Shown: positions 19,660-28,555, counted from the first letter of the stretch. The stretch: DNA of 35,827 nt from a virus (IMGVR_UViG_3300032277_000035:1-35827), one strand, 5' to 3'. Translations and numbers: made by a program. Notes: generated by a model from the letters alone, not told the origin.

Positions 19660-20787
19660 ATGGCTATTAAAACATTCCCAATGAACGCCTTAAACGCAGG
19701 TGCTGCTATTCAGCAAGGCAATCAAATTGCATCGTCTGAACAAAATATGCAAAATAACGCTCAAGTGATGCAGCAACGCAACGCCCTTGCTCCGAGTCGT
19801 TTAGCACAAGCAGAATTAAGAACAGACTCCGATAGAACGGCTTACATGAAACAGCAGGTTAGTACGACGGTAGACCAAGCCACATGGGATGCAGTCGGTC
19901 AAGACTTAATGAGTAAAGGTTTTCCAAAGGAGCAATGGTATCCAAAATTTGACCCTGAATTAAAAGCTCAGATTATTGGTAAGCCCACCGGAAAAGAGGC
20001 CGGATTTACACTAAAGGCCGGACAAACTCGATTTAGCGCGAAAGGAGAGCAAATAGCTTCCGTACCAGTTGGCGAAGATGGTGGGATGTTTGAAGTTCAA
20101 TCATCGCAATTTCTACCGGGCGGCGGCGCACGGATTGTTAGTAAAACAGGTCAAATTAAAGTCGTTCAGCCAACAGATGAAGAACTAACCCTAATAAAAA
20201 ATTCCGAGGAAAGAGGTGTTGACTTACAGCAAAAGCGCGCACAAGGCCGAGAATTAGGTAAAGACGCTGCTCAAATAGCAAGTAAAGCATTTGAAAGAAC
20301 AGGCAAACTAAGATCTAATGTATTAACACTTAGGAAAGTTATAGACGCTTCTCAAGGTGGCGCTGTAACTGGCCCATTAGTCGCTAAAATGCCTAGTTTC
20401 AGAGCGGAATCAGTTAGACTTGAGGCATTAAGAAATCAGTTAGGTCTTGACGTTGTTGGCTCGGTTACTTTCGGTGCATTATCAGAAGGTGAGCTTAATC
20501 TAGCCTTAAATACTGCTTTGCCAACAAATCTAAAAGGGCCTGAGTTAGTTAAATGGGCACAAGAAAAAATAGACGCACAAGAAAAACTTGCTGGATATCT
20601 AGAAGATCAAGCTGTATTTCTTAGTCAAAGAGGAAACACTGCGGCAGATTGGCTACAAAAAACACGATCAGTTAAAAATAATCAGCAAGGCGGCCAACAG
20701 CAAGCACCACAAATACAGGAAGGCGCTACCGCGACCAACCCACAAACAGGGCAAACAATCACTTTCAGAGGTGGCCAGTGGCAATAG
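19660..20787 (+). CDS. DNA ejection/internal virion protein (gp20 position)
   Basis: Q-rich and helical, GALSE.EL motif, C-terminal EG.TATNP.TG......GGQW, expected position. Confidence 0.7.
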   Translation: MAIKTFPMNALNAGAAIQQGNQIASSEQNMQNNAQVMQQRNALAPSRLAQAELRTDSDRTAYMKQQVSTTVDQATWDAVGQDLMSKGFPKEQWYPKFDPELKAQIIGKPTGKEAGFTLKAGQTRFSAKGEQIASVPVGEDGGMFEVQSSQFLPGGGARIVSKTGQIKVVQPTDEELTLIKNSEERGVDLQQKRAQGRELGKDAAQIASKAFERTGKLRSNVLTLRKVIDASQGGAVTGPLVAKMPSFRAESVRLEALRNQLGLDVVGSVTFGALSEGELNLALNTALPTNLKGPELVKWAQEKIDAQEKLAGYLEDQAVFLSQRGNTAADWLQKTRSVKNNQQGGQQQAPQIQEGATATNPQTGQTITFRGGQWQ

Positions 20788-22550
20788 GCTTACCAGAAGG
20801 ATTTGAACTTGATCAACCTCAAGACGGCCAAGCTTTGCCTGCTGGTTTTCAATTAGACCAGCCCCAAACCGTGGCTCAACAACCTGTGCAGCAATTGCAA
20901 AATGCACCACAAAATGCAATTCCATCCAACCAAGTAGCGCCCCCTATTGACTTAAAAGGGGCTATTCAGGAGCGACTAAAGCAAAGAAAGGATGGTGGAT
21001 TAAGTCAGGATGTCGCGGTTGCAAGGTCTGCCGCTGGCGGTATTAATTCGATGATGGCTGGTCTCGCTGGCCTCCCTATGGATACCGTTCAAAATATTAT
21101 TAACTTAGGAATTTCTGCTTATGGCGCTAGTAAAGTTGCACTTGGGGGAGACCCTTCTGAACAGCCTAGAGCTGATTATGGTATGGATACTGGTGGTTTA
21201 GTCGGTGGCTCACAAGATATTAAACGAAGAATCGGCTCCGCTACTGGTATGGAATTCTTCAAACCGTCAGATGAAACGCCTTTACAACAAAATGTACATA
21301 TGGGCGCAAGTATTATGGGTGGCGGGGCATTAGCTCCAGCGACAGGAATGAAGCAAGTTGCATCAAATGTCGCTAAAATGGCAGTTCCCGCGGTTAGTGC
21401 AGTTGCGGCAAAAGAAGCATTCCCAAATCAACCTCTAGCCCCTATGGCTGCTATGTTGGCCAGTGGCGTAGTAAAACCTGCTGTGCAAGCAGCCAGAGCT
21501 AGCGCAATGAAACCCAATGCTTCATTTTTAAAGGCGCGTAAATTAGGTTATAAGCTGCCCCCAGTTTCAGCTAAACCCACTAAAACGCAACAAGGACTAC
21601 AGGGAGCGTCTGGTAATGTACCTATAAAGCAACAGGCTTCTGTTTATAACCAAAAAATAACAAATAATATCATTAAAAAAGATTTAGGTTACTCAAAAGA
21701 TGTGCCTTTATCGTCTGAAGGACTTAATGCTGTCAGAATTAAAGCCGGTAAAGTATATGAAAAAGTTTCAAATATCGGGCAGGTAAAAGTTGATAAGGCA
21801 TTCACTAAAGATTTAACTAATATATCAAGTAAAGGCTCGGTATTAGCTAAAGAAATCCCCGGTCTTGCTAAAAAGAACGTTGATAAGCTTGTCGCTAAGT
21901 TTGATCGCGGCGAATATTCGTCTGGGGCGCTTGTTGAGGCCATTAAACAATTAAGAGCGGATTCTAAAACAGGATTCAAGTCTCAAGATCCGTCTATGGT
22001 ATCTATGGCTAAAGCTCAAGGCAAGATAGCTAATGCAATTGAGAGCTTGATGGAGCGGAGCTTATCCAAAACAAATCCGAATCTCTTACCTGAATTTAAA
22101 GCAGCAAGACAGCGAATTGCTAAAACCTATACGATAGAAAACGCGCTAAAAGGCGAGAATGTTGATGCTGTTGCTTTAGGTCGTATGCTGGATAAAGGCA
22201 AGCCAATGTCAGGCGCTATTAAAAAAGTGGCGGAAGTAGGCCAGAACTTTAAAGGCTCTGTTCAGACTAATGTTCCTCAAGATACAGGGTTTAGACCGGG
22301 AGATGCTTTACCCGGAGTGGTTACGGCTATCTCAACCGGAAACCCTTTGTGGTTGATCGGTATGGCGGCTAGGCCAGCAGCTAGGCATATTATGCTGTCA
22401 AAACCTTATCAATCTAAACTAGCCAAGGTATACCCTAAGCAAATTAAAGATATACAGAAGCTACCAGCAGAATCACAGGTAATAGCTATTAATTCACTAT
22501 TAGAGCAAATCAGAACTCAAGATAAGCAACAAAAGCAATCATCAAAATGA
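20778..22550 (+). CDS. DNA ejection/internal virion protein (gp16 position)
   Basis: LPEGFELD / LPAGFQLD N-terminal repeat, Gly/Ala-rich segments, last gene of the ejection cluster. Confidence 0.7.
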   Translation: MAIGLPEGFELDQPQDGQALPAGFQLDQPQTVAQQPVQQLQNAPQNAIPSNQVAPPIDLKGAIQERLKQRKDGGLSQDVAVARSAAGGINSMMAGLAGLPMDTVQNIINLGISAYGASKVALGGDPSEQPRADYGMDTGGLVGGSQDIKRRIGSATGMEFFKPSDETPLQQNVHMGASIMGGGALAPATGMKQVASNVAKMAVPAVSAVAAKEAFPNQPLAPMAAMLASGVVKPAVQAARASAMKPNASFLKARKLGYKLPPVSAKPTKTQQGLQGASGNVPIKQQASVYNQKITNNIIKKDLGYSKDVPLSSEGLNAVRIKAGKVYEKVSNIGQVKVDKAFTKDLTNISSKGSVLAKEIPGLAKKNVDKLVAKFDRGEYSSGALVEAIKQLRADSKTGFKSQDPSMVSMAKAQGKIANAIESLMERSLSKTNPNLLPEFKAARQRIAKTYTIENALKGENVDAVALGRMLDKGKPMSGAIKKVAEVGQNFKGSVQTNVPQDTGFRPGDALPGVVTAISTGNPLWLIGMAARPAARHIMLSKPYQSKLAKVYPKQIKDIQKLPAESQVIAINSLLEQIRTQDKQQKQSSK

Positions 22551-22566
22551 ATATAAATAATCCCAT
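22510..22566 (-). CDS. Putative 18-aa hydrophobic peptide, possibly leaderless
   Basis: MGLFIFILMIAFVAYLEF*. TGCTATAGT extended -10 ends 6 nt before the ATG. Confidence 0.35.
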   Translation of the reverse strand: MGLFIFILMIAFVAYLEF

Positions 22567-22591
22567 AAACAAACTATAGCACAAATAAACC

Positions 22592-22936
22592 ATGATCAAA
22601 CTAACACTCATAAGCTTTTTATCTTTATACACAATAACCGCTAGCACATGGATATTTTATCTCGCATTCATGAACTTAAAGCGCAATAAAGACAAAATTC
22701 ACCCTATTATCAGGAACCTATTCATCCCTTTATATGTTATCGCTTTATTACTCGATGTTTTATTTAATATAACTGTCGGCTCACTCATGTTTTTGGAGCG
22801 CCCGAAAGAATGGCTGTTTACCTCAAGATGTGAGCGACACAAAGCAGAATCAAAAGGCTGGCGACTTCGTAACGCTACATTAACCTGCGCTTATATGCTA
22901 AACCCCTTCGAACCTAGCATTGATGGACATTGTTAA
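22592..22936 (+). CDS. Membrane protein
   Basis: Two hydrophobic segments and an LDVLFN..VGS..F.E.P.EW..TSR motif. Confidence 0.7.
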   Translation: MIKLTLISFLSLYTITASTWIFYLAFMNLKRNKDKIHPIIRNLFIPLYVIALLLDVLFNITVGSLMFLERPKEWLFTSRCERHKAESKGWRLRNATLTCAYMLNPFEPSIDGHC

Positions 22937-22983
22937 ATGTTTGAGTTTAGCCAAAATTCACTATACTCAAGGATAATATCTTA

Positions 22984-23277
22984 ATGTCACCAACACCAGT
23001 AAGCGATAGGCCATTAGAAATGTGGATGAAAATTGTAGGTTTGGTTGCTCTTTTCACCTTCCCCTTGATTGGTGCTCTTGGAGCGGTTGCTGTTCATGAA
23101 CTAGCGCAGATAAATACCTCGTTAAGTAAAATTAATGATTTTATTATAACGGCAACCGGCAATGATGCGATGCATTCGGGTAAAATTATGCGTCTAGAAA
23201 ATGATGTTATCCGCATTGAGAATGATGTTAGCACTATTTCCGATAGAGTTATTATACTAGAAAGGAGACTCCCATGA
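22984..23277 (+). CDS. Membrane protein with coiled coil (holin/antiholin-like)
   Basis: One TM segment then heptad repeats, first gene of the lysis cluster. Confidence 0.55.
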   Translation: MSPTPVSDRPLEMWMKIVGLVALFTFPLIGALGAVAVHELAQINTSLSKINDFIITATGNDAMHSGKIMRLENDVIRIENDVSTISDRVIILERRLP

Positions 23278-23375
23278 AAACCGCGAGACCGATTAAGAAG
23301 AAAACACCGAAGAAGCCAAAACCTAAGCCAAAACCTAAGCCAAAACCAAAACAGTCACCTTGGCGGTATGCGTGA
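23274..23375 (+). CDS. Lys/Pro-rich 33-aa peptide (not in ORF track)
   Basis: AAGGAG RBS at 23262-23267. MKTARPIKKKTPKKPKPKPKPKPKPKQSPWRYA*. ATGA overlap upstream and GTGA overlap downstream. Confidence 0.7.
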   Translation: MKTARPIKKKTPKKPKPKPKPKPKPKQSPWRYA

Positions 23376-23902
23376 TTCAAAACCACCTACCAAGCTACTG
23401 CTACTCAAAGAATAAAATAAAGTCTATTGATGGTGCTATTATTCATTTTATTAGCGCGAAAAACATCACTCCAGACGATCCATTTAACCTCAATACCATT
23501 CTTGGTATATTTAAAGAATACAAAGTATCAGCCAACTATCTTATAAGAAGAGAAGGCGGCCTAATAGAGCTTGCACCAGAAGGCCGTAAAACTTACCATG
23601 CTGGCAAGTCTATAATGAATGACCGAGAAAACTGTAACAACTTCACTGTAGGAATTGAACTGGAGGGCGGTACAGACTACCCTTATACGAGACCACAACT
23701 ACTCGTCCTTGGTCAGCTTTTAGCTCAATTAATGACAAAGCACGGATTCTCGGCTGACTGGATTCAAGGGCATGATAAAGTAAGAGCTAATTGGAATGAG
23801 GTATACCCACTCAAAAAAGCATCTAAAAAAGTTGATCCGGGGCAGCATTTCCCGTGGGATGATCTATTTAGTATGCTAGATAATATTCAACTAGAGGACT
23901 GA
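23360..23902 (+). CDS. N-acetylmuramoyl-L-alanine amidase endolysin (Amidase_2/AmpD-like; likely start GTG 23372)
   Basis: IIH, VSANYLI, YHAGKS...N.FTVGIELEG, GH and KVDPG motifs. Confidence 0.92.
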   Translation: MAVCVIQNHLPSYCYSKNKIKSIDGAIIHFISAKNITPDDPFNLNTILGIFKEYKVSANYLIRREGGLIELAPEGRKTYHAGKSIMNDRENCNNFTVGIELEGGTDYPYTRPQLLVLGQLLAQLMTKHGFSADWIQGHDKVRANWNEVYPLKKASKKVDPGQHFPWDDLFSMLDNIQLED

Positions 23903-23905
23903 AAA

Positions 23906-24289
23906 ATGAGATTAGTATATATAGTTTTACTTATGATGGTATCAATATCAGCTTATGCTGGTGGCATCCATCACCATACAGTGATTCAAGGTGAGCAGGG
24001 AATTCAGGGTGAACGTGGATTAACTGGCGCTAATGGCCTTAACGGTAAAGATGGTGTAAACGCCTCAACTTTATACAAAGGTGTTGCCGCAGCCCTTGCC
24101 TCTTCACAGCATAATTTTGGATTTTATACACCTAAAACACAATGGAGTATTGCCGGTGGTCAATTTGACAATGAATCCGCTTTATCAATAGGTCTTGGTA
24201 AAAGACTAGGTGATGTGCTAATTAACGGCTCAGTCGTGAATGAATCTGGTGAAATTGGCTTTGGTATTGGGTTAAGTGGACGCTTTTAA
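23906..24289 (+). CDS. Mini trimeric autotransporter: signal peptide, collagen repeat and YadA-like anchor
   Basis: AYA signal peptide, eight Gly-X-Y triplets, KGVAAALA helix, four beta strands (G.FDNESALSIG...) and terminal Phe. Confidence 0.8.
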   Translation: MRLVYIVLLMMVSISAYAGGIHHHTVIQGEQGIQGERGLTGANGLNGKDGVNASTLYKGVAAALASSQHNFGFYTPKTQWSIAGGQFDNESALSIGLGKRLGDVLINGSVVNESGEIGFGIGLSGRF

Positions 24290-24588
24290 TGTCATTAACT
24301 GAAAGAGTGAGATGGTGGGCTAAACTTGGGATTGAAAACCCGAAAGTATCTCTATCTATCTTAACTTTTTTGGTTAGCTTCTTAGGTATTGGATATGATG
24401 CTTATGACAGTCGAGAGGTTATTGCGGTAAAAGATTACCAAATGGATGCGTTATCTAAGCATATTTATGATGTAAGCTTAAAAGATAAGCCTAGCAAGGT
24501 TTCACGCAAAACCATCGTAATTAGAGAAGGCTGCAAGCAGTGTATGAAGCAAATAGAAGAACTTAAACGAATTTATCACCCGGAGTAA
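24289..24588 (+). CDS. Membrane protein
   Basis: Single TM segment and C-terminal CxxC, in the lysis cluster. Confidence 0.6.
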   Translation: MSLTERVRWWAKLGIENPKVSLSILTFLVSFLGIGYDAYDSREVIAVKDYQMDALSKHIYDVSLKDKPSKVSRKTIVIREGCKQCMKQIEELKRIYHPE

Positions 24589-24591
24589 ATT

Positions 24592-24996
24592 ATGATTGGA
24601 TTATTAACCAGCTTTTTACCTAGCCTATTTAAAGTAGGCGGTAAAATGATTGAAGACAAGGATAAAAAGAACGAGTACGCCTTTAAAGTATTAGAGATGT
24701 CTAATACAGTAATAATGAAGCTCGTTGAAACTAAAACCGTCCCTTGGGTCGATGCGCTAGTTAAACTAGCTTATGCGGGTGATGCCATAGTTAAGAGCCT
24801 GTTTACGCCTGTATTGACCGCTGTGGCGTTTAGCTTTGGCCTTTACTTCCAATTAGCAGGCGTTGAAGTATCAGCAGGCGTTGAGGCGGTATTATTTGGG
24901 AGCTTTCCTGCGTGGCGCGTAGCAAGGCAAAAAGAGAAGAACGCCAAGATAGAGCGACAAAAGACCACCCCTATCGAAGATGATGACGATTGGTAG
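24592..24996 (+). CDS. Holin-like protein (3TM gene-transfer-release type)
   Basis: MIGLL....P.L....K.IEDKD N-terminus, two hydrophobic segments, R..EK charged tail. Confidence 0.6.
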   Translation: MIGLLTSFLPSLFKVGGKMIEDKDKKNEYAFKVLEMSNTVIMKLVETKTVPWVDALVKLAYAGDAIVKSLFTPVLTAVAFSFGLYFQLAGVEVSAGVEAVLFGSFPAWRVARQKEKNAKIERQKTTPIEDDDDW

Positions 24997-25071
24997 TTAG
25001 ACCGGCACCAAAGGTATGAAGCTACAGCTAAACATTATTAGCGGAGTTGCCAGTATTAATAATTTAATCAT
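24997..25071 (-). CDS. 24-aa hydrophobic peptide (not in ORF track)
   Basis: GAGGA RBS. MIKLLILATPLIMFSCSFIPLVPV*. Stop abuts the stop of the holin-like gene. Confidence 0.45.
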   Translation of the reverse strand: MIKLLILATPLIMFSCSFIPLVPV

Positions 25072-25090
25072 CTATTTATCCTCTAAATAT

Positions 25091-25108
25091 GCTACCCCGA
25101 AGGGTAGC
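25091..25108 (-). terminator. Hairpin / possible terminator at the convergence of late and early regions
   Basis: GCTACCC-TTCG-GGGTAGC on the minus strand, with a weak U-tract. Confidence 0.5.
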
Positions 25109-25115
25109 TATTAAC

Positions 25116-25376
25116 TTAGCTTAAAATGTACTGACTTTTTTTAGCCTGATAATCACAGCCTGCCACTGAAAATGAATAGCTAGGGTTAGACTTCCATGAT
25201 ACCGATCGAACAGGTTCACTATAACATGCGTCTGTCACGGCTTCATTTTTAGCCATTAAATAGCCCGCAGAAATTGGTGACGCGTTAACAGCTCCGCTAA
25301 ATATTAATACCAAAGGGCTTGCATTTGCTGCGCCTGCTAGCGCCATAAAGATTATACTTAATATTACTTTTTTCAT
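25116..25376 (-). CDS. Small exported protein
   Basis: MKKVILSIIFMALAGAANA signal peptide, two Cys, AAGGAG RBS. Confidence 0.75.
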   Translation of the reverse strand: MKKVILSIIFMALAGAANASPLVLIFSGAVNASPISAGYLMAKNEAVTDACYSEPVRSVSWKSNPSYSFSVAGCDYQAKKSQYILS

Positions 25377-25415
25377 TTTACTATCTCCTTAATTATGCCT
25401 ACTATTTAAAAATAT

Positions 25416-25640
25416 CTAGCCTGTAGGCTTGTGGCTAAATTTGCTTTGTTTCTTTAGTCGCTTATGGAAAAGATAGCTTTGGGCGTATAACCGCCTATAA
25501 TTTCCACCTCTGCCATATTTTGATTTAGAGTTGAGAGCGGCGCGCCTATATTGGCTTTTTGCTTGCTCGACAAAAGCCATAACAGTGCTTGGATCTCGTT
25601 TAGTTAAGAATAATATTCTATCTCTATCCTGCTTACCCAT
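25416..25640 (-). CDS. Basic hypothetical protein
   Basis: 74 aa, abuts the Lar-like gene. Confidence 0.6.
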   Translation of the reverse strand: MGKQDRDRILFLTKRDPSTVMAFVEQAKSQYRRAALNSKSKYGRGGNYRRLYAQSYLFHKRLKKQSKFSHKPTG

Positions 25641-25859
25641 CTACTTATCCTCTGCTCTGGTGTTCCAAGCTTTACTTAGTAGTTTTTCGGCCTTTTCTTG
25701 GCCTTTTTTCTCTAACAAAAACCCGCGAAACATTGATGCGTTACAGTTTAAGCAATCTATATATGCCGTCCCATTCAGATTCACTGGAGATCTTGTTGCG
25801 TTTAACATAGGAGGCTCCCCGCAAAACGGACACGGCTTTAGTTCTTCACTCATAATCAA
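25641..25859 (-). CDS. Lar-family restriction alleviation zinc-finger protein
   Basis: ELKPCPFCG...CLNC...AWNTRA. Confidence 0.85.
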   Translation of the reverse strand: MIMSEELKPCPFCGEPPMLNATRSPVNLNGTAYIDCLNCNASMFRGFLLEKKGQEKAEKLLSKAWNTRAEDK

Positions 25860-26067
25860 ATATCCTATTTCTCATGTGCTCATTTGCTTGATACATTAAA
25901 AATAATAAATCCTTCCAGTTATCCTCAGAGCCGCCGAAGACTAGCTCACCATCTGAATCAAATCCAATAATAAGTATTTGCTCTAAATCCCAGTTTTTAG
26001 CTTTTTCCAGTAATAGGTTTGGCTGAATAGCTCCGTAAGGGAATAGCTTAATGTTGTCTTCATTCAT
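25846..26067 (-). CDS. Hypothetical protein
   Basis: LEQILIIGFDSDGEL motif, GAGGTG RBS. Confidence 0.7.
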   Translation of the reverse strand: MNEDNIKLFPYGAIQPNLLLEKAKNWDLEQILIIGFDSDGELVFGGSEDNWKDLLFLMYQANEHMRNRIFDYE

Positions 26068-26322
26068 CTATAACACCTCGTTATTTGCAAGCCTATGTTT
26101 CTTTAGCTCAGATCTAGCACTATAAACGGAATTTTCCCCATCTATTTCATACTTACGCAAATTCATAGATAGCAAGACAATATGTTCGTGCAGTAGATTT
26201 TGTAAGGCTTCAATTAATGACTTCTTATCTTCTTCGAGTTGTTTATTTCTCGTTAACATTTCAACCATTAGTAAATCGAATTGTTTTGCATTTTCCGTAA
26301 ACTCTTGTCTTAAGTTGCTCAT
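26068..26322 (-). CDS. Hypothetical protein
   Basis: 84-aa ORF in a tightly packed operon. Confidence 0.65.
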   Translation of the reverse strand: MSNLRQEFTENAKQFDLLMVEMLTRNKQLEEDKKSLIEALQNLLHEHIVLLSMNLRKYEIDGENSVYSARSELKKHRLANNEVL

Positions 26323-26534
26323 TTGCTCTCACTCTTTGGTTGCTCTAGCTGTTCAATTTTAACTAATAAGTCGGAGACTAGCCGTGCTGTTTTACGAGAC
26401 CATTCAGGTTCGCCGATAAAGCCTAAGTTATGGCCGAGTAGACAGTCTTTAGCCTCTTCAATAATATCCTCAACCCCTTCCATCATTGGCTTGCCTCGCT
26501 GCACGTTAATCCGTTTTATTTCTGATTTACTCAT
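26319..26534 (-). CDS. Hypothetical protein
   Basis: 71-aa ORF with ATGA overlap. Confidence 0.6.
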   Translation of the reverse strand: MSKSEIKRINVQRGKPMMEGVEDIIEEAKDCLLGHNLGFIGEPEWSRKTARLVSDLLVKIEQLEQPKSESK

Positions 26535-26571
26535 TCTCTTTACCCTTACAATTTGTCTATTGGTTATTTAT

Positions 26572-26886
26572 TTAAAACGGTGACTTATCTCTAGATTGTA
26601 AATCATTGATAATCTCATCCTTGAATTCGATTGATTCAGTCAATCTCTCACACTCAGCCTTTGACTTGGCTAGCTCAATATCTCGCGCATTTAAGGCTGC
26701 TTCACACGACTTCAATCTTTCTTTTAACCCATCCCTAGAAATAGCCATAAGCCCAAGCTCAACCCTTGATTCGGCTAGCTCGGTTTGTAACTCTTTATAA
26801 TCATCGTAATAAACATAATCGCCTGATTTAGACTCCCTTACTGGGAATTCTTCCTCTGTTATTTCAAATCTTTTAATATCACTCAT
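26572..26886 (-). CDS. Hypothetical coiled-coil protein
   Basis: GDYVYYDDY motif followed by a coiled coil. Confidence 0.7.
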   Translation of the reverse strand: MSDIKRFEITEEEFPVRESKSGDYVYYDDYKELQTELAESRVELGLMAISRDGLKERLKSCEAALNARDIELAKSKAECERLTESIEFKDEIINDLQSRDKSPF

Positions 26887-26924
26887 AATATTACCTATTA
26901 ATATATAAACTGTTTACCTGTTAG

Positions 26925-27124
26925 TTAATCCTTTACCTTGTTAGCGATAGCTTGTTTGCCTTTTCTTGTCACTCGATAATATTTATCTGGAACAAAAGAT
27001 TTCTTTCCCGCGAACTCCATTAAACCCTCATCACAAAGTTCATCCATAGCCATACTCTCACCGCAAAAAATTCCATTCTTTATTGTGTGCTCGATTATTT
27101 CTTTTTGCTCGTCATTTAAGTCCA
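26925..27124 (-). CDS. Small winged-helix-like protein (start probably at MDLNDEQ; coordinates approximate)
   Basis: L.DEGLME...YY.VTRKG wHTH-like end, GAGG RBS just upstream. Confidence 0.55.
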
Positions 27125-27126
27125 TC

Positions 27127-27627
27127 TTACACTTCCTCTTTTGTTTGTTGTTTAATTCCATGATTTTTATGGAATCCATATTTTATCTCGGCATCTTTTC
27201 TGGCTTTAATGGCATTGTGAATATCGCTAAAACAACCAAGGCTTATTGCTTTATAGTTAACTTTTATTTGCGCGTGCCATTTCCTAGCTTTTTTGTTCCA
27301 GCACACGCCAATAACTCCAGATTTATTGTTTATACTAATAGACTGGTTTTTATGATTCTCTTGATTAGATACTTCACGCAGATTAACCCACCTATTATCA
27401 TCTCTAATATGGTTGATATGGCCTGTAGGCCATTCGCCCTCCATATAGAACCAAGCTAAACGATGAGCCATATGCTTTTATCCAGAAAACCGTATAATTA
27501 TGTACCCAGTAGGCTGCGGAACATTCGTGATCTTTCCGATTCTCCCTCTTGAGGAATCCACAAGGCGAGTAAAAACACCTGTTTCAGGTTCGTAGTGCAT
27601 CATTTTCTTTAGCTTTTTATGCGCCAT
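27127..27627 (-). pseudogene. HNH-AP2 homing-type endonuclease interrupted by an in-frame TAA
   Basis: ATG at 27627 gives MAHKKLKKMMHYEPETGVFTR...GYIIIRFSG*KHMAHRLAW.... TAA at 27478-27480. HNH (HINHIRDDN..NLREV) and AP2 (SGVIGVCW...KWHAQI) parts are in the same frame. Confidence 0.8.
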
Positions 27628-27653
27628 AACCTCACATGGGTTTTTTGATATAG

Positions 27654-27887
27654 TCAATTATTTAACTCCTTACTTAACTCATTGAGATTTATTAAATCAA
27701 TCGTGTCACCATACCTACCAGAGCAATAAAACGTCTTACCATATATCTCTATCGAGCCCTTGCCGCCGCCTTCCATATCACAATCTTCATAAATCCAAGA
27801 TGAATACAGCCAAGCACCAAGCAAAGCCCCTACAATTAAAGCTACTACATAACGGATTACTAACGACTCTTCACTTACTTGTATCAT
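27654..27887 (-). CDS. Membrane-anchored hypothetical protein
   Basis: N-terminal TM segment, GAGG RBS, first gene after a promoter. Confidence 0.65.
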   Translation of the reverse strand: MIQVSEESLVIRYVVALIVGALLGAWLYSSWIYEDCDMEGGGKGSIEIYGKTFYCSGRYGDTIDLINLNELSKELNN

Positions 27888-27905
27888 CTCTTTACCTCAA
27901 TTAAT

Positions 27906-27934
27906 AGACTATGTTATATGGTTAAGTATGTCAA
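27906..27934 (-). promoter_or_regulatory. Early promoter with embedded operator
   Basis: TTGACA-tacttaaCCATataacA-TAGTCT with a 17-nt spacer. Confidence 0.75.
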
Positions 27935-28245
27935 GGTTTAATTGCCCACTTACCATTGACTCGATGAATTAAACTAGACTTCCTTAATAAATAACAAATC
28001 TCGCTCGAATGATTCGCGTCAGTACCTAAAAGCTCTGTAATTTCGTCAACCGTTCGTGGGCTTCTTAGTATAAAGTCGTAAACCTCACGCCTTCGCCCTG
28101 CCGTTTCCTGTTTCAATGGGCATAGGCTTTTAGTTGGGATGCATGTTTCTGGTCCACCAAGTTTTGTGCAGTTCAAGCAAATGCTTCGCTGATAAACTCC
28201 ATCATTTAGCGAGTCTTTCTTTTTATGTGGGACACCCTTAGCCAT
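27931..28245 (-). CDS. Cys-rich plus winged-HTH protein
   Basis: CxxC...C...C then PRTVDEITELLG...L.KSSLI.R..GKW. Confidence 0.6.
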   Translation of the reverse strand: MAKGVPHKKKDSLNDGVYQRSICLNCTKLGGPETCIPTKSLCPLKQETAGRRREVYDFILRSPRTVDEITELLGTDANHSSEICYLLRKSSLIHRVNGKWAIKP

Positions 28246-28555
28246 TACTTTTATACCTATTTTGATAGTGGTGGTTTTCTATTTTCCTAAATGGTATGCC
28301 TGATAGCTTCCATTGGGCTTTTATATTCATGTACTTTGCCGCTACTCTTAGCGCGGCTCTGGCCTCTTCTAGCGCTTTAAGCATTGCCAATTCGCGATCT
28401 AAAAGATAGCGCCTATAATCCCCTGTCAGCATTCTTTTAACGGTGGCCTCACTACATCTAAAAAAATAAGCTTGGCGCTTTCTCGATACCATCTTAGATG
28501 CCTTAAACACCGCTTGACGATCTGCTTCCATTTGGTCGATTAATTCGGTATTCAT
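28238..28555 (-). CDS. Putative HTH DNA-binding protein
   Basis: RKRQAYFFRCSEATVKRML HTH-like segment. Confidence 0.5.
   Translation of the reverse strand: MNTELIDQMEADRQAVFKASKMVSRKRQAYFFRCSEATVKRMLTGDYRRYLLDRELAMLKALEEARAALRVAAKYMNIKAQWKLSGIPFRKIENHHYQNRYKSNG

Noticed and set aside
7123-21979. Short antisense or alternate-frame ORFs nested in structural genes
   Set aside because: They lack RBSs or motifs and overlap well-supported genes.
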